NCBI GenBank assembly: GCA_030704615.1
Contig: CM060731.1
Coordinates: forward strand, 56,420,001-56,484,000
Source: Takakia lepidozioides
Lineage: Eukaryota; Plantae; Bryophyta
Length of the DNA: 64,000 nucleotides
Reading direction: 5' to 3'
Shown here: piece after piece, positions 12,478 to 26,010 of the stretch
Position numbering within the stretch: position 1 is the stretch's first letter
Layout of the letters: each line of letters starts with the position of its first letter
Program-made: the position numbers and the translations under genes
The notes under the pieces: model-generated
The model's input: only the letters and a program-made list of their open reading frames with translations
Databases searched by the model: none
Told to the model about the DNA's origin: nothing

Positions 12478-15400
12478 ATGGAGGAGGGTGGTCCCGACTG
12501 CGTCTCCTTTGTGCACCAGACGCGGTTAAAGAAGCTGCGAAGGTATTGGTACTCACCAAAGGAGTACGAGCACAAAATAGTGGAAGCATGTGTAGACCTC
12601 CGTGCTTCCAAGGAACAAAACCCACAATGGACCAAGGATAGGCTGAGGTGTCCGTTTTGCAAGGTGGACATAAAAGACAAGATCCAACTCAACCGTCATT
12701 GTGTTGATACGGGTTGCAAGGCTGTTATTCCGCCCAACTTCAAGCCTTGGCCCATACCAGCATCTCAGAAAGGAGCCGCTGCTTTGAGATGCCGCGGCAA
12801 AAACTTAGTCCCCCGAAGTTTGGACGAAGTCAGACAACGGTACTAGAGGGCTTCTGGAACTGCGGAATAGCAGGTTGTGGACGAAGACCACTTTCAGGAA
12901 ATGCCTGTGGGTCCCAAGAAACGCAAACTGAGTGATGGGGCGGCAAAGAAGGCTTCCGTCAGAGCAGCAAAATTTGCTCGCGATGCAAGAGCGGCTTCAG
13001 CGCAAGCGGGCAGGCAACAGCCGCCGCAGACCAGGAATACCCGGCAAATGCAAACAATCAGTTCTTCAAGCGAGTCTGCCAAAAAGGAGTCCAATCAGTC
13101 TGCCCAATCTTCGGAAGGACACGGTCCACCTTCAACAGACAACTACATAAACTTGTCCCACAGGGTGGACATGCAGATAACAGAAGCAAGGAGACCACCT
13201 CCCTTCGCCAGACCGCTCAGCAGACCCAGTAGACTGGAGTCAACTCCCAACAGACCGAGTCCAATGGCACTGAGAAGACCTCTGAGAAGATCGATGGCCC
13301 TCTCTGTCAGGGCACTCTGCTCTTACTTCCGTTTGGGGTTTCCTAGCATTGTGCCCACCAGCGGACGATCCACAGTTCTTCCCGTTCTTCTTCAGATTTG
13401 TGCAGATCGGACGGATGGCCGTGACCGTCCGCTAGGTGCAAGAAAATTGGTTGAAGTGCATTGCAGATGAGAATGTGGACGAATTAACAGACCAGCAGGT
13501 ACTGCTCTCTTGTATCCCTCCAACAAGCATAAACTAGTCTGCTGGTGTTGTCTGTTACTGTTGTTCTCTTGGACTTCTGGTCTGTTGGTTTGTCTGCTAA
13601 GTCTGTTGGTCTGTTTGTGGGGTAAGACTGCTTGGTCTGCTTATGTCCTGGTCTACTTATCTCAGTACTCTGGTAAACCCTCAACCCTCAGGTCTGCTCA
13701 GTCTGCTCATTTTGTTCGGCGGTCCACTCAGTCTAATGGTCCAGTCTGCTGCTCTAGTCTGCTCGTCCTCTATGCTGGTCTTTTGTACTAGTTTACTTTA
13801 CTATTCACTTTGTTGGCCTTCACTTATGTACTTCGCTGGAGAGCAGGCTCATGTTGTTCGAGAGCGTGTTCGGACAGCCATTGCGGCTTGGAGAATACAC
13901 ACCAAAGACCCTCCTTTGCAAGTGAATGTGGTGCGGATAGAAGTGGACTGGGTTCAGGAATACATTTTGTGGAAGTATCTTGGGTCTCGCTGCTATAGAG
14001 GCATTGTATACTGAGGCATTTCTGGGCAGCCCTCATACTATCACCAGCCCTGAGTCTGTGCCAATTGGAGCGTTTCAGTAGACTAGCCAGCAGACTATTC
14101 AGCAGACTGTAGAGAACAATGCCGAGGACATTGTGGAGGACACTGCCAATGTGTCTGCCCACGAGACTACAGTGCAGACTGCACACGAGTCCATCCAACA
14201 GAATGCCCTCGTCCCCTCCAGCACAGGCATTTTTGGTGTTTGGAGACCGCCATTGCCGCTTGGTAATCCCACGCATGCAGATCTTACACTTCCCCGGTTT
14301 AGGGTCGGTGGATCAAGTGCCCACCTTGAATGGTATAGTGACCTTCACCACATTGTGACAGACCGGCGTTGGCCCTTTGTCCCTTTTCACTATTTCATGG
14401 AGTACACGATCGAGGAAGCCAACCAGGTTCTGCAAAGTGCAAGCATGCTTGCAGTTGATGTGCTTAGTGACCGAAGCAAACCGCCGCTGCTTGTTCAACT
14501 AATTCTCATGGATGACCCATGTCCGGACGAGCTTCGGCATATGGCTATGGCACACCCAGCCGTTGGTGTGCAAGTAAAGCACTTGGCAGCACTGACAGCA
14601 GAGCAGTTGGACCGCATGACATCATCCTTCCTTCGACATCGATGGATGCAATTTGGTAATTTCACCTCGTACAGGAAATTGAGAAAGGGCTTGCATAGCC
14701 TTTGCATGGATCTACTACATGGAGAACCGCAAGCAAGGAAGGCGGTTCTGGATGACGCTTTGGTATGGTTGTCAGTTGTCTAGGAGCGAGCTGTAATTGA
14801 CATTGTCTTACACAAACCATATGTCTTTAGAGTCCTCTGGTCTGGAACTCCGTATGAAGACCGCATATCCACCATTGGCCAGCTTGATTCCGCACTGTTG
14901 GCTCGCCAAATTGAAGATATTGGGCTCATCGGAAATTGCCTTGAAGGTATGCACTGTTCTCCGTCATTTACAAGTCCTAAAATTTCCCATGGATGAATGT
15001 CGAGTACTAAACCTGTGGTATGTTTCAAGGCGGGACGATTTCAAAGAAGAAGTCGTGAACAAGGCATTCAACTCGTTTGCCAGAGCTGCAAGAGACGTTC
15101 TCCTCGCAGTATAGGGCCATCCTAATTCCGATGGCGCTGTCCAGAAGACTACCGAGCCTTCATGTCCAGCAGACTGGCGAGGAGTCTGCTTAGCAACACA
15201 TGGTCTCGCACGCAGCCCAGGAGACTAGAAATACCAGGGCGTTTGGGTCCCAGGAGCAGACTCAGCACACTCAGACTCCTACTCACCGGAACCTTTTCCC
15301 ATCCAATGACAATGACTCTTTCTTCCGGGAGACTAGGCAGACTGACCAGACCATACAGACTGACCAGACCGGACAGACCGGGCAGACTGCCCAGGCAACC

Positions 15401-18291
15401 AGGCAGCAGTATGGAGAACAGCCTGGACTAGAAGACCTGCCGACAGTAGGCGTCCAGCACTCTTTCATGAGGCCACCATGGAATTTTTAACGTCCTGGCT
15501 TGCACTGGACTGGTGCGGTGGACCATTCACCCCAATTTAAGCTCGGAAATTTTGGAGAACCAAATTTTTTTGCGTCTACAGACAATGTAGCCAGGACATT
15601 GGTAAACCCCTCTTATCCATCGCCCCGTGGCCTACGTCCTATTTCCATTGAGCTTAGTTTGGTTCTAGTTCGTTCACTGGCGAAAGCCATCGATGATCTT
15701 GACGTGATCGGACCAATGTCCGGCCCAGTACCCCGCATAATAGACCTTACTATAGAATCCAATGTGGAATCCCCCTATGTGAAGCCATTGTTAGCTATGG
15801 ACGAAGACCCTAACAACAAGCTTGACGGCAAAGTTGATAGACTCATCGTCGGCCTGGACGACCACGCTGAAAGGACTTCCCAGGAGATTGAACTCGAGAA
15901 GACTTCCTAGGAGACTGCCCAGGGGACTGCACTGATTGTCCAGGAGACTATTCAACAGACTTCCCAGGAGACTGACTTGGAGAGAGTCCAGCAGACTGTC
16001 CAACAGACTGCTCAAGAGAGGGACTTGGAAGGAGTCCAGTAGACTGACTCTGACGTGCAACCTGTCTGCCAAGAGCCTCCCCAGGACGCTGCCCAGGAGC
16101 CTTCCCAACAGGAGAGTGGCTTGGATGTAGACCAGCAGACTGCCCATGCCATTGCCGAGACTGCCAATGCACATGAAACTACGATGGAGCCTGACCAACC
16201 TGTGCAGGAGACTGCCCAGCAGTCTGTCCAGGAAACTTCCCGGCAGACTGCAGAGGAGACTGGAGAGGACTCTGCTCATAACGGCACAATGGACGACCCA
16301 ACCCCACCCACTCGGGTTGTTCCTGCACTGTGAGAGCATTTTACTTACTGATGTTGCACCTTCATTATATTATTGAACGTATTATTGAACTTGCAGGATG
16401 TTCGTCTCATGAGGGATGTGCACATTGTGACATCACCATCGTCTGCAGTGGACTTAACCCATGCCCATGGACCTGCCAATGCACCCAACGTCGGGTCGAC
16501 GACAAAGATGGGTACCATAGACGAAACGCCGCCGGGTGTGCGGGTGAGTTCCATACTTGCCACGCGTGAGGCTGCGAGGACCGGTCCAGGAAGTGTCAAC
16601 AAGCCTCCTGACGTTGTTGTGTTGAGAAGCCGGACAGTCGCCCTGCGACAGTGTCTACTCACTCCAATCCATCGACATCACCTTATGCTCCCCAAAGTAG
16701 AGGCAAAGTGAAGAAGCGGGATGTGCTGGACCTCGCCAAAGAGGTTGGGAAGGGTCCTGCTCCCAAGAAAAGTGGCCCCAAGAGAAAGTCCGGTGTGTTT
16801 ATGAACAAGGACCGTAAACTGGTTTTGAGATGGACAAGGAAGTCATTCTTTGCCGCGAGATCCAGCAGTGAATAGTATCTGTTGGTCTGTTTTTTTGTTT
16901 TTTTTTTGTGAAGACACTGAGTCTACTCAGCACAGTCTCCTGCTATTCTCTGCTGATCTGTCATTTCATACTTTTCGGTCTACTCAGTCATGTTTGTCTG
17001 CTCAGTCCCATCTCCTTTACACAGTCTCATGTTGTTGTCGGTCTTGGAGAGTCTTCACATACTCTTGACAGATAATCTGGTCAGTCAGTCTGCTTGCTCT
17101 TTTCGTGTGCTCGGTCTTCTCGTCTGGTCAGTCTTCTCGTCTGTCTGACTAGTATAGGGGGCTTTACCTCACTCTGCTCTAGTCTGTGCAGATTGACTTC
17201 TCGGTTTGATAAACTACATCGTAATGAAGTGGATGCCGGTGGTTCCATGTTGCACTTTTATAAGAGGGACCCATGTTTTGCATGCGGAGTTGACCATGAT
17301 GACCTGAAGGCAATTAACAAGGTTGAGTCCAAGTGCACGGATAGACTGCTGGAGCTATGGTGTCGCTTCTATGAATAGTCAGCTGATTCAAAGGTGGTAG
17401 CTCTTCTGCCAACATGGACGTGGGCCGTGATGAAGATCCACTAGGAGGGGCCACGCAAAAGACTACTGGATAACCTTCATGCTGCCTTCAGCAGCGAGTG
17501 GCATGGCAAGGACCTAAAAGACTGCGAGTTTATTTTGGCTCCGATTGGTGAAGAGTAAGGACTCCCTTGTGCCATCTGTTCTATCGGCTCAGTCGGCTCA
17601 TTCTGCTCAGTCCGCTCAGTCTACTCAATCCGCTCTGTCCACTCTGTCTGATCAGTCCACTCAGTCTGCTCTGTCCGCTTGGTCCGCTCAATCCGCTCAG
17701 TCTTGTCAGTCCCCTCAGTCGCTTGGACTGTACAGAAGACCCAGAGTGTTGGGCGTGAGTGGACTGGACAGAAGACTGACGAGGGTGTCTGCTGAGTATG
17801 CTAAGTATGCTGAGTCTGTCGGCATTGCTTGGTCTGGTCAGTATTTCCTTTTTGTGATGTGTTGCGTGATACCCATTGCAGGGGGCACGAGTCTTCTATG
17901 CATCGACCTTCGGAAAGGGTCCTACACTCACCTGAACTCTGCATCGTGCTCCATTCATTATGCCGTGGATTTGGAGGCTGCATGTCGAGTGCTTGGGCTA
18001 CTCGCAGGAGGCTCCGGAGTGGCAGGAGGTTGTTTGTGCATTTCAATTGCACCAGCCCGAAGTGCCAGAACAACCATTCAGTTGGGAATGTGGCTTTTAC
18101 GTCATGTCATTCATTCAAGTTTTTTATGAATGGGTGAAATTGCGAGGAAAGGTTGACAAGAGTAAAAGGCAGAGAGAGGAGTGCCTTTCACTGCGACCTG
18201 GTTTACTTATAAGTTTGCACTTGGCCAGCGACTGCAATGTGCAAAATATATTGTGCACGGTTTGGAATGTTTGGAGAAAGCTGGTAGATAG
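12478..18291 (+). pseudogene. MULE-1 accessory gene: N-terminal Cys/His zinc finger, unknown central domain, Q/T-rich linkers, C-terminal Ulp1/C48-like protease (disrupted)
   Basis: CPFCKVDIKDKIQLNRHC, then a conserved block WYSDLHHIVTDRRWPFVPFHY...HRWMQFGNF. Spliced FILAPIGEE-GH(W)SLLCIDL...THLNS and PEQPFSWECGFYV follow. It is collinear with the MULE-2 gene and has several stops and frameshifts. Confidence 0.8.
17580..17720 (+). repeat. 9-bp tandem array of CAGTC(C/T)GCT-like units in an intron of the MULE-1 accessory gene
   Basis: ctcagtcggctcattctgctcagtccgctcagtctactcaatccgct..., between the GA|GTAAGG donor (~17554) and the TTGCAG acceptor (17881). Confidence 0.8.
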
Positions 18292-19375
18292 TTGTGAGGC
18301 TCGGATGTAGTGTTTGTACGTGTCATGTGAAGTTTTTGTACCAAAATAAAAAGTGCTTATGCCTTACTCATCCATTGGTGAATGATGAATATTGTTGATG
18401 CCTTTGGGCACTACATTGTTACTGCACTGTCAGTCTATTGTTTCGAAGACTAAAGAATATATGAAGAGTACATGTGAATGTATCCACCTGCAAAGTCAGT
18501 CTGCGGATGGACACTCTAGTTTGAGCCAACAGGTTACAAAACCGTCAACAGACGGCTGGGAAGACTGACAGCAGGCTGCTGGGAAGACTCATTGGAAGAG
18601 GAGAGTCCTCCAGCATGGCAGAGTCCGGCAGACTGACATATGGGATTGGGAACCATGAGTCCTAGTCTGAACAACATGTGTGGTGAGAGTCCACTACTCA
18701 ACTTTGCAATCCTTGTAGTCGGCCTCCGAGACTAGACTGATACCACTAGAATGGAATACAGGCCATCCGAACTCTTGGCTATGGATGAAAACTGCAATCA
18801 GCATGCACTTGGGAGAGCTAGAGTACAGGCGGATGGCATTGGCCAATAGTCTGTCAAGTCTGGTCAGCAGAGTAAGTGAGGGTCTAGCGTACTCAGAATG
18901 GCGAGTCTAATGGGCAGACCGCATGAGGGTCACTGGTCAGCCGCGCAGGTACGTTCAGAACCAGGAGACTGGTCTGCTCAGGAGATTGTGTACTCCGCAC
19001 CCTACATACTTTGTTTTCTTGGTGACAGACAGGTCAGACTGATTACAAGCCTATAACCACAATGGTTCGAAGGCTGGCACAACAGACTGATTGAAGACTG
19101 AGCAAAAGCCTGGTACAAAAGACTGCTTCAGACGCCAGAAGACTGGTGGAGCATACTAGTTCACACGTCAGAAGACTGGTTCACCAAGCTAGTCCAAACA
19201 CCACAAGACTGGTTGGCAGATAGGTTGGATAAAGAACTCCTCCAGTGTATCCGAAAAAGACAAAATCTCTTCAGGCTTCACAAAAGGTTTACCCAAAAGT
19301 CTTGTGCACATGCAATCATACCGCCGCAATTTTATTTCATCGGGAGAATGATAGTGTAGCATTTCCTATATTTTT

Positions 19376-22300
19376 TTACTTTACTTTACAACTGATATAC
19401 GGTCTGCAACCCTGCGGATTGTGGGGTATATGTATGCTGCAGGTGTTGGCACCAACCCTCTTCCCTGTTTTGTGTAAGACTCTGGGTCGCGTTTTCCGTG
19501 CCTCAACAAAATCTCGTTTCCTTTTCAGCGACATATTGTTGTTGTCATTTACAGAATGGAAGCTCTTTGCTGCCGCATGGTGCAACATTCCTGCAGCACT
19601 CTTGGCAAGAATATCAACAAGCTGCCCCCTACAGATACGAAGAGAAGATAACACATGTTTCTCCAAGTATTTGTCGTCACCAACAATACGAAGTATGTCT
19701 GCAAATTCTTCGTCCATGGAGGATGGTACAAGGACAGGCTCCGCATCATAGGGGAAGTCATCTGTGGAAGGGCCTTCTGTTGCATTTCCCAAACCCTCTT
19801 CGTCGTGGCCACTTGCATGAACCCTAAACACATTATGCAATCCTCCATGAATGGTTCCCAACGCCGTGCCACAAGCGCGCACTATGAGTCCATCCTGCAA
19901 GTGTGGATGAAGCAACTTCAGGACTCGGACTTGATGCTTGTACAAATTGCCCTTCATTGCCCATGGGCAAGTGCAAGAAGCCCATTCACATCCGGGGTTG
20001 TAAACATTGTAAATTGTGTTTGGGTGATTGGTGCTTAGAACATAGGCCGGTTGCCCAGGATGGAACAGAAGAGTGACATTGCAGGCTAGGATGTCGCGTG
20101 CCGCAAGCACAGAACTGGACATGTACTTCTCATGTTTGTCATTCCTTATGAATCCGTACGTCTTCAGGTGAATTGCATACCAGTAGTATGTTAGCACACG
20201 GCCTATGAGTTCCCATATGAGCCAATCCACTCTACGCCCAGTCATTTTGCCTTTCCCCATCCTCAGTCTTGCCCTCAAGTTTCCATGGTATGCCTCAATG
20301 CTAGCGTTTGTGTCTTGACTGGCATGCGGAACATGGCGAGCTGTTGTACACCACATTCCTTATCGATGTAGTCCAGAAACTCATGCCCATTCGGATATTT
20401 ATTTCTCATGCCTCGGAGCGCTCTTGCTACCCACGCAAGACCTTCTTTGGGATTGCTTGGTCCACCTCTACAGTACATGAGGTCTCCCATATCTTTCGCA
20501 AGTTTGCGGCAGTGATAGGATCTTTGGTTTTCACGCATGATTGCTTCACCCAAGCCCGCCGAACATGCCAAAGGCAAAGGAAAATGAGCACTCATTGGAA
20601 AACAGCCCTGCAAAGTACACACGCCCACATGAGAGACTTCAAAGGGACTTGGCCGGTGGACTTGGGTACTAACCCAGTAGACTCTGGTGGACTGGTCTGC
20701 CCGTTGTTCCAGTGGACTTGCCCAACGGATTCAGCCAGCAGACTCGCCCACTCTGACTTGCCATGAGTTGCCCTCACGAGACCGTCAGCAGACCTGACCA
20801 CGCTGACCTCGCAGTGAACTTGCGTAAATGAGTCTTGCAACGGACTTGGCCAGAGGGCATTCCGAGCGGAATGGGTTGCCAGCAGACTTCCGAACAGTCC
20901 CCTTCGGCGGACTTCGCCTGCCAGTGGACTTGCTGGACCAGACTGAGCTCGCAGCAGACTGGCGCACGTGAGTCTTGCAGCGGACTGCTTGCGAGCAGTC
21001 CTTTCCGGCGGATTGGCCTACTAGCGGACTTGCCCTTACGAGACTAGCAGCAGACTTACCCAGACTTTGCTGGCTGCACACCCGAGCAGACTGTCCTTGC
21101 AGCATACTTGCGCAAGTGAGTCTTCCAGCAGACGTTGCTAGAGGACATTATCAGCGGACTGGTTTGCCAGCAGACTTGCAGAAAGGAATGGGCCGGACTT
21201 GCAGCCAGGACTGCGTTGTATGGCAGTGGACTTACCAAAGAGATAGACAATGGACGCACACGGCGGACTTGCACGCGAGTGTACAGGAGGGTACGTACAG
21301 AAACTTACATTATGGCATTTATTTCGGCGTCGGCATCGTCCACAATGAAGGCATTGGGTCGCCAGTCCGGCATTTCTGCGAGGAGTGAGTCCCGCAAGGC
21401 TGCCATCCACGGCACCAGGTCTGTTGTCCGCTCACGCACGCATATGATGTGGTATACCGTTAAGCCACTCGTCGAAGACCATCAACGTGTACAATGGGAA
21501 CTGTTCAAATGCTGAATGTCAGATGTTGCCAGTGTGCATACATCCACTAGTTCTGCAACCGGATAAATTGTGAAAGGGATGAAAAGTACATTGTGGTGAT
21601 TTGCCCCGAAGGTTGCATCGCATGCAACGATAGCATGGCCTAATTGAAGCATTTGCTTCTTCTGCCACTTAGTCTGTATGCCGATTGTGAATGTTAAGTC
21701 ACCATCGTAGTGCTTGAATGTTGGCGCCAATTTCTCCTCTTGATAGAAGAAGACCGATGTCGGATTTTGGTCTTTCCACATGCGGACATTCTCCACATCG
21801 TTGGCATGTTTTTTGAACGTTTGCCACGCCCGTTTCTCGGCCAAGTTGCGCACATCTTGCTCCAACAAAAAATCGTCTCGTGTCCATGCATCCCCCAACC
21901 CGGTGTTGTTCATGATGTGCTCTTTATGTTCCATCATGATTTGGGCAACTGACAGGCCTCGGCACAGACACTCCATGACCCATGCTTTCAATTCCTCGCT
22001 AATGTGTGGTGCATAGGCATGGCGAGTGTTCCTGAACTCAGCGGACTTCCCATGACAGGCGTTCCCTTTCACGTCTATATGCTCCATATTGTTGTATACG
22101 TGAGGACACAAATGTCGGGGGCGAGATAGCATTGCTGGACCTTGAAACAGCATTGGCAACCATGCTTGTAAGACAACTTCTTTCTCCTTGGGCCTTTATG
22201 AGGGTGAGATGTTCCAGCACCCACAAGAGGTCCTCCACGTTTGAGTTTGGGATCCTCCATTATCGCATTGTTGGTGCGTTTGTCATCTGGACCGTAGCAG

Positions 22301-22733
22301 CATTGATACCTGGACATAAAAATCACAATCGATATCCATCGACTTCTGGAAGCATGAAATCACAGTACGTGGGTACAAAAAATGGCAACAGACATGCAGT
22401 CAGACTACAAAAGGACGATGAGGATGGTGCACACATGATATTGTTCAGAAAACTGTTGGCTCTCGGCTCTTTTAGCATGTCGGGTTGCACTTTAGTATGG
22501 ACATTCACCCAAAACTGAGTGGGGTAGTCCACCAAACTCTGCTCTCCAAGGAGAAAGTCATCAACTCTATCCCACGGTATGCAGGCCTTTTGAACATTCA
22601 CTCGGGCACTCTTCCAATGGAGGTCCTTCGTGTTGAAGGGTCCTGGTTTGGGTGTTTGCAAACTTTGTCGAAGAGGTCGTATAATCCAGCTTCCTATTTT
22701 TAGTATATCATCGCCTTCTGCTTCCACGTCCAT
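19376..22733 (-). pseudogene. MULE-1 transposase (MuDR-type DDE + SWIM), intron-containing, disrupted
   Basis: YQCCYGP..GCQCCF..H DNA-binding region, IVACDATFGANH (D1), WRPNAFIVDDA (D2), FLCLWH (CxxH), TNASIEAYH (E) and SWIM CTCPWAMKGNLYKH. Small deletions relative to MULE-2. Confidence 0.9.
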
Positions 22734-25013
22734 GCCCTGTACAGTACAGAGGACATGCTTCAGAAACTGCAAGAAACGCGCCACAGTACACTGGACACGA
22801 TGGACAACGTGCAAGGAGCATCCGTGCGCACGTTCGCGGCTGCTGGCAAGTGGCAGGCGGCATGGATAAGGTTTGAAATCATGCCCTAAAAATGGAGGGC
22901 TCAGATGGCATTTACCAATAGACGGTCCAGATGCGGCATCGTCAGTGGACTGGAGGAAAGCGGACTCATGGGCGGCGGACAAGCGGGCAGACTGTTGGGT
23001 GGACTGGCCGAAACTCGCACAGCGGACTGGCATGGATGGCACGGATGGGTTTCTCAGAATGGACGATCCAGATCGTTCGGTCGGCGCGGACGGGCAGACT
23101 TGCAGACTGGGGCGCAACAGACGGGCACAACGGACTGTTGGGTGGACTTGCGAGGACTGGCAGAGCGGATTGGCGTGCACAGCGGACTGGCCGGTAGACT
23201 GGCGGTTTGGCGGACTGAGGGGAACTGGACTCACAGGCAGCGGATTGTCGGGCGGACAGGGGGCGCGGCGGAGTGCGGTGCGGGGTGCGGTGGAGCGCGG
23301 GCGCGGCAGCAGCAGGCGCGGTTGGGCGACCGTGCGCATCGGCGGGTGGGGGGGGTCCCGGTGGGGGGAGCCGGGTGTCCGTGCGCAGGGCCCACCGGTC
23401 AGCTCACGCGTGCACCATAACGTCCCAATTATTGTAAAATGAGAGGCGATGGACAAATATGGTTGGGGTGCTGAGAGAGATGTTAAGAAGGATCCCCGTG
23501 CAGTCGAGAGGTATGAATCTTCATGTATGCAGAAGGGATGTCTTAATTGAGACTGGACAGGGGAGAGGCAGATTGTGAGGTCCAAGGATTCGAGCGAAGT
23601 TGTCTTGCGAGGGTGGGTAGGTTATGGATGGTAGAATCTTCCAAGAGGATAGGAGGGACAGGATAGGGCGTAGACATAGGATTTTGCATTTGTTGCGGAG
23701 ATTAGGATTAACATAGAAGAAAATGATGGGAATGGACCAAGCAGGGGATAGGGGACTTATAGAGAGCGGGAGGGATGCATCAGGAGCAGGAGTTGGGGAA
23801 GGTAGAAGAGCGAAGGGAACTGCAGCTGCCCTTTGTTGCTGAGATGAGTGAGGCGCCGCTTGCTGGGTTTGGAGCTGAGAGACCTATAGGTCCGAGGAGC
23901 TGGAGGTCGAGATCTCCCCAAAGGGGTCGTAGGAGTGGTCGATGAAGCCCGCTGGGCGTTGCTTCTTCCATGCTCCATTTTCTCCCCCCTTTTCTGTTTC
24001 GATGATGGCTTGAAGAATTGAGAATGCGTTGCTAAGAGAGTCTGAGGATCTGGTCAGAGACTTGGTCCGAGTGTGTGGACCAATAAAGTGATCATACTGA
24101 GCCCAAACCCCTGGCAGAGATGTGCTGGTGTTACCAAGAAGCTTGTCTTCGTCCATAATGGCCAGAATATGGGTGTTGGGGGTGAGATCTTCGCAAAGGC
24201 CTGGGAACTCCTCCGAGTAAGCCCCCCATGTGACTGCAGATGTGGATGGTAGAGAGTATAGAGGGAGGTTAGCTTGGAAGTAATCATTTATTTTGTTGCA
24301 TAACATTGGAACTGGGCTGCTGTCCATAGGGCTCTTGGAAATGAAAAATTGAACATCCCGTACCGAGATCCATATTGAATCGAAGCTCATATTGTCCCTG
24401 CTTATCACCAAGAATGTCGGGCAAGGATTCTTGTGGTAAACCAATGGCGTGAGGCAAGTGGCTACCGGGTTTTGACAGGAGGGCCGACCTTTTAATGTGA
24501 GCTGTGAGCAGCCTTTGAGGAGTAGTTGGGGGAATGAGCAGAGCTTTGCACAGATGTTTGCCATGACTGGGTTGTGCGCTATTGGCGAGTGGCGTGGAAT
24601 GTGGCTGGGGCCTGCTGAGGAGCCTAGTGAGTCTAGAATCCTTTAAGAATGTTGCCGGAGGTGGCATTCTTGCCGTGTACTTTTGCCATTTCCAATTCCC
24701 ATGAGATCAGCGTTGACATTGGTAGAGGCGCAGGTGGAGAGGCATGCTCCAGGAGGATGTTGGAAGCTTATGAGCCCATTTTGCCCTTGGTACCTGATTC
24801 CTGTTGTAGTTTTGCTGATGATCCTGAGGTGAAAGAAGGCTTGAAATAGGGGGCGTTGGATAGGATCCTGTACCGCTTTCCTTCTTTTAGTAGGAGGAGA
24901 GTTAGAGATTTGCTTGACTGCATAGTCCCAAGCCTGGAAATTTGTACTTTGGCTAGGCTGCGAGTGGACATATGCTGAATGAGGCGGACAATTTTGTAAT
25001 GGCACTGGCACTG

Positions 25014-26010
25014 CTCGGGGGGGTCACTCCCCGTATTTTCAAAACCACGTGAGAACTAGTATAGGGTGTAGTTTATTTTTTTGAGGTAAATTTTAGAAAA
25101 AAATTACTTAAAAAATACGGTATGGCAATATCTTTTCACCCAGTTTTTTTAAAAATAGGGTCACAAAAAATCCAAAGTTTTACTTAAGAAATTAAAGTAA
25201 TAAAGGGTTTTATCTATAGTATAATGTATTCATCCCTCATATTTCATCCAACTCTAATCCATCAAGATTAAATCTTCTCAGAACTTCATTCATCCATCTT
25301 TCAGGATTATGACAATGGTGTCGTGCGCATGGTTTATTTGCTATGCAGCTTGGAACTTAACCCTTCACGGTGCAGCTGTAATGCAAGCAGCTGTAATCAT
25401 TATATTCTCTCAGTTGAGCCATATTCCCTGCTGGTATATTGGAGAGTCATGTTCACATTGTATTTTTTTCACTAGTAACTGATTTTTGTCCCTGGTGGTG
25501 CTCACTACGCTAGGAAGGAATTGCCCAGGGGGTCATTCCATTATGGTGTTTTTGAATTGGTTCTCTAAAGATAGAGGTCACCTGAAGTTCAAATATGATT
25601 CCACTGATACACAGTGGATTGATATTGAGACCATAATCTCAACAGTGATTATGACATTTGAACCATCTCAGAATTTGTACTCTTAAGATCCAAGTGATGT
25701 TGCGGCTTTGAATGAGATCATGGCTAATGAAAATTAAACTTTTCTTTGGGTCCGACATTTGACTTATGTGTGGAATGTTGTTTGTGTACATGCTTTGAAA
25801 TTTTGCAATTATTTAAAAATAATAATTAAAATAAGGTCTAATTAATTGTTGCAAAAACAATAATAAAGAAAAATAGGGTATTAAGAAACAAAGGGTTTTA
25901 CCTAAAGATAGGGTGAAAAAAAAATGCAAAATTTAAAAAATATAGCCTGGTATAAATATATCTTTGTACGCGCGTGATATGGAAAAAATACATAGAGTGA
26001 CCCCCCCGTG
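25014..26010. mobile_element. 997-bp non-autonomous hAT-like DNA transposon inserted in the LINE-A ORF1 region
   Basis: TIRs CTCGGGGGGGTCACTC / GAGTGACCCCCCCGTG and perfect 8-bp TSD TGGCACTG (25006-25013, 26011-26018). AT-rich arms and an internal coding-like relic KFKYDSTDTQWIDIETIISTV. The hAT assignment rests mainly on TSD length. Confidence 0.85.

Larger units (their letters stand above)
10178..23447 (-). mobile_element. MULE-1: 13,270-bp Mutator-like DNA transposon with TIRs, transposase and Ulp1-bearing accessory gene
   Basis: ~100-bp near-perfect TIRs beginning GCCTCTCATTTTACAATAATTGGGACG. Perfect 10-bp TSD GATGGACAAA (10168-10177, 23448-23457). A second inverted block lies at ~10430-10510 / ~22880-22950. 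Confidence 0.95.

Noticed and set aside
22734-23585. Long ORFs through the GC-rich MULE arms (N-terminal part of 22323-23585, 22873-23442 and equivalents at the other TIRs)
   Set aside because: They cross the TSD boundary or come from stop-poor GC-rich repeats. Homology with MULE-2 begins at MDVEA.
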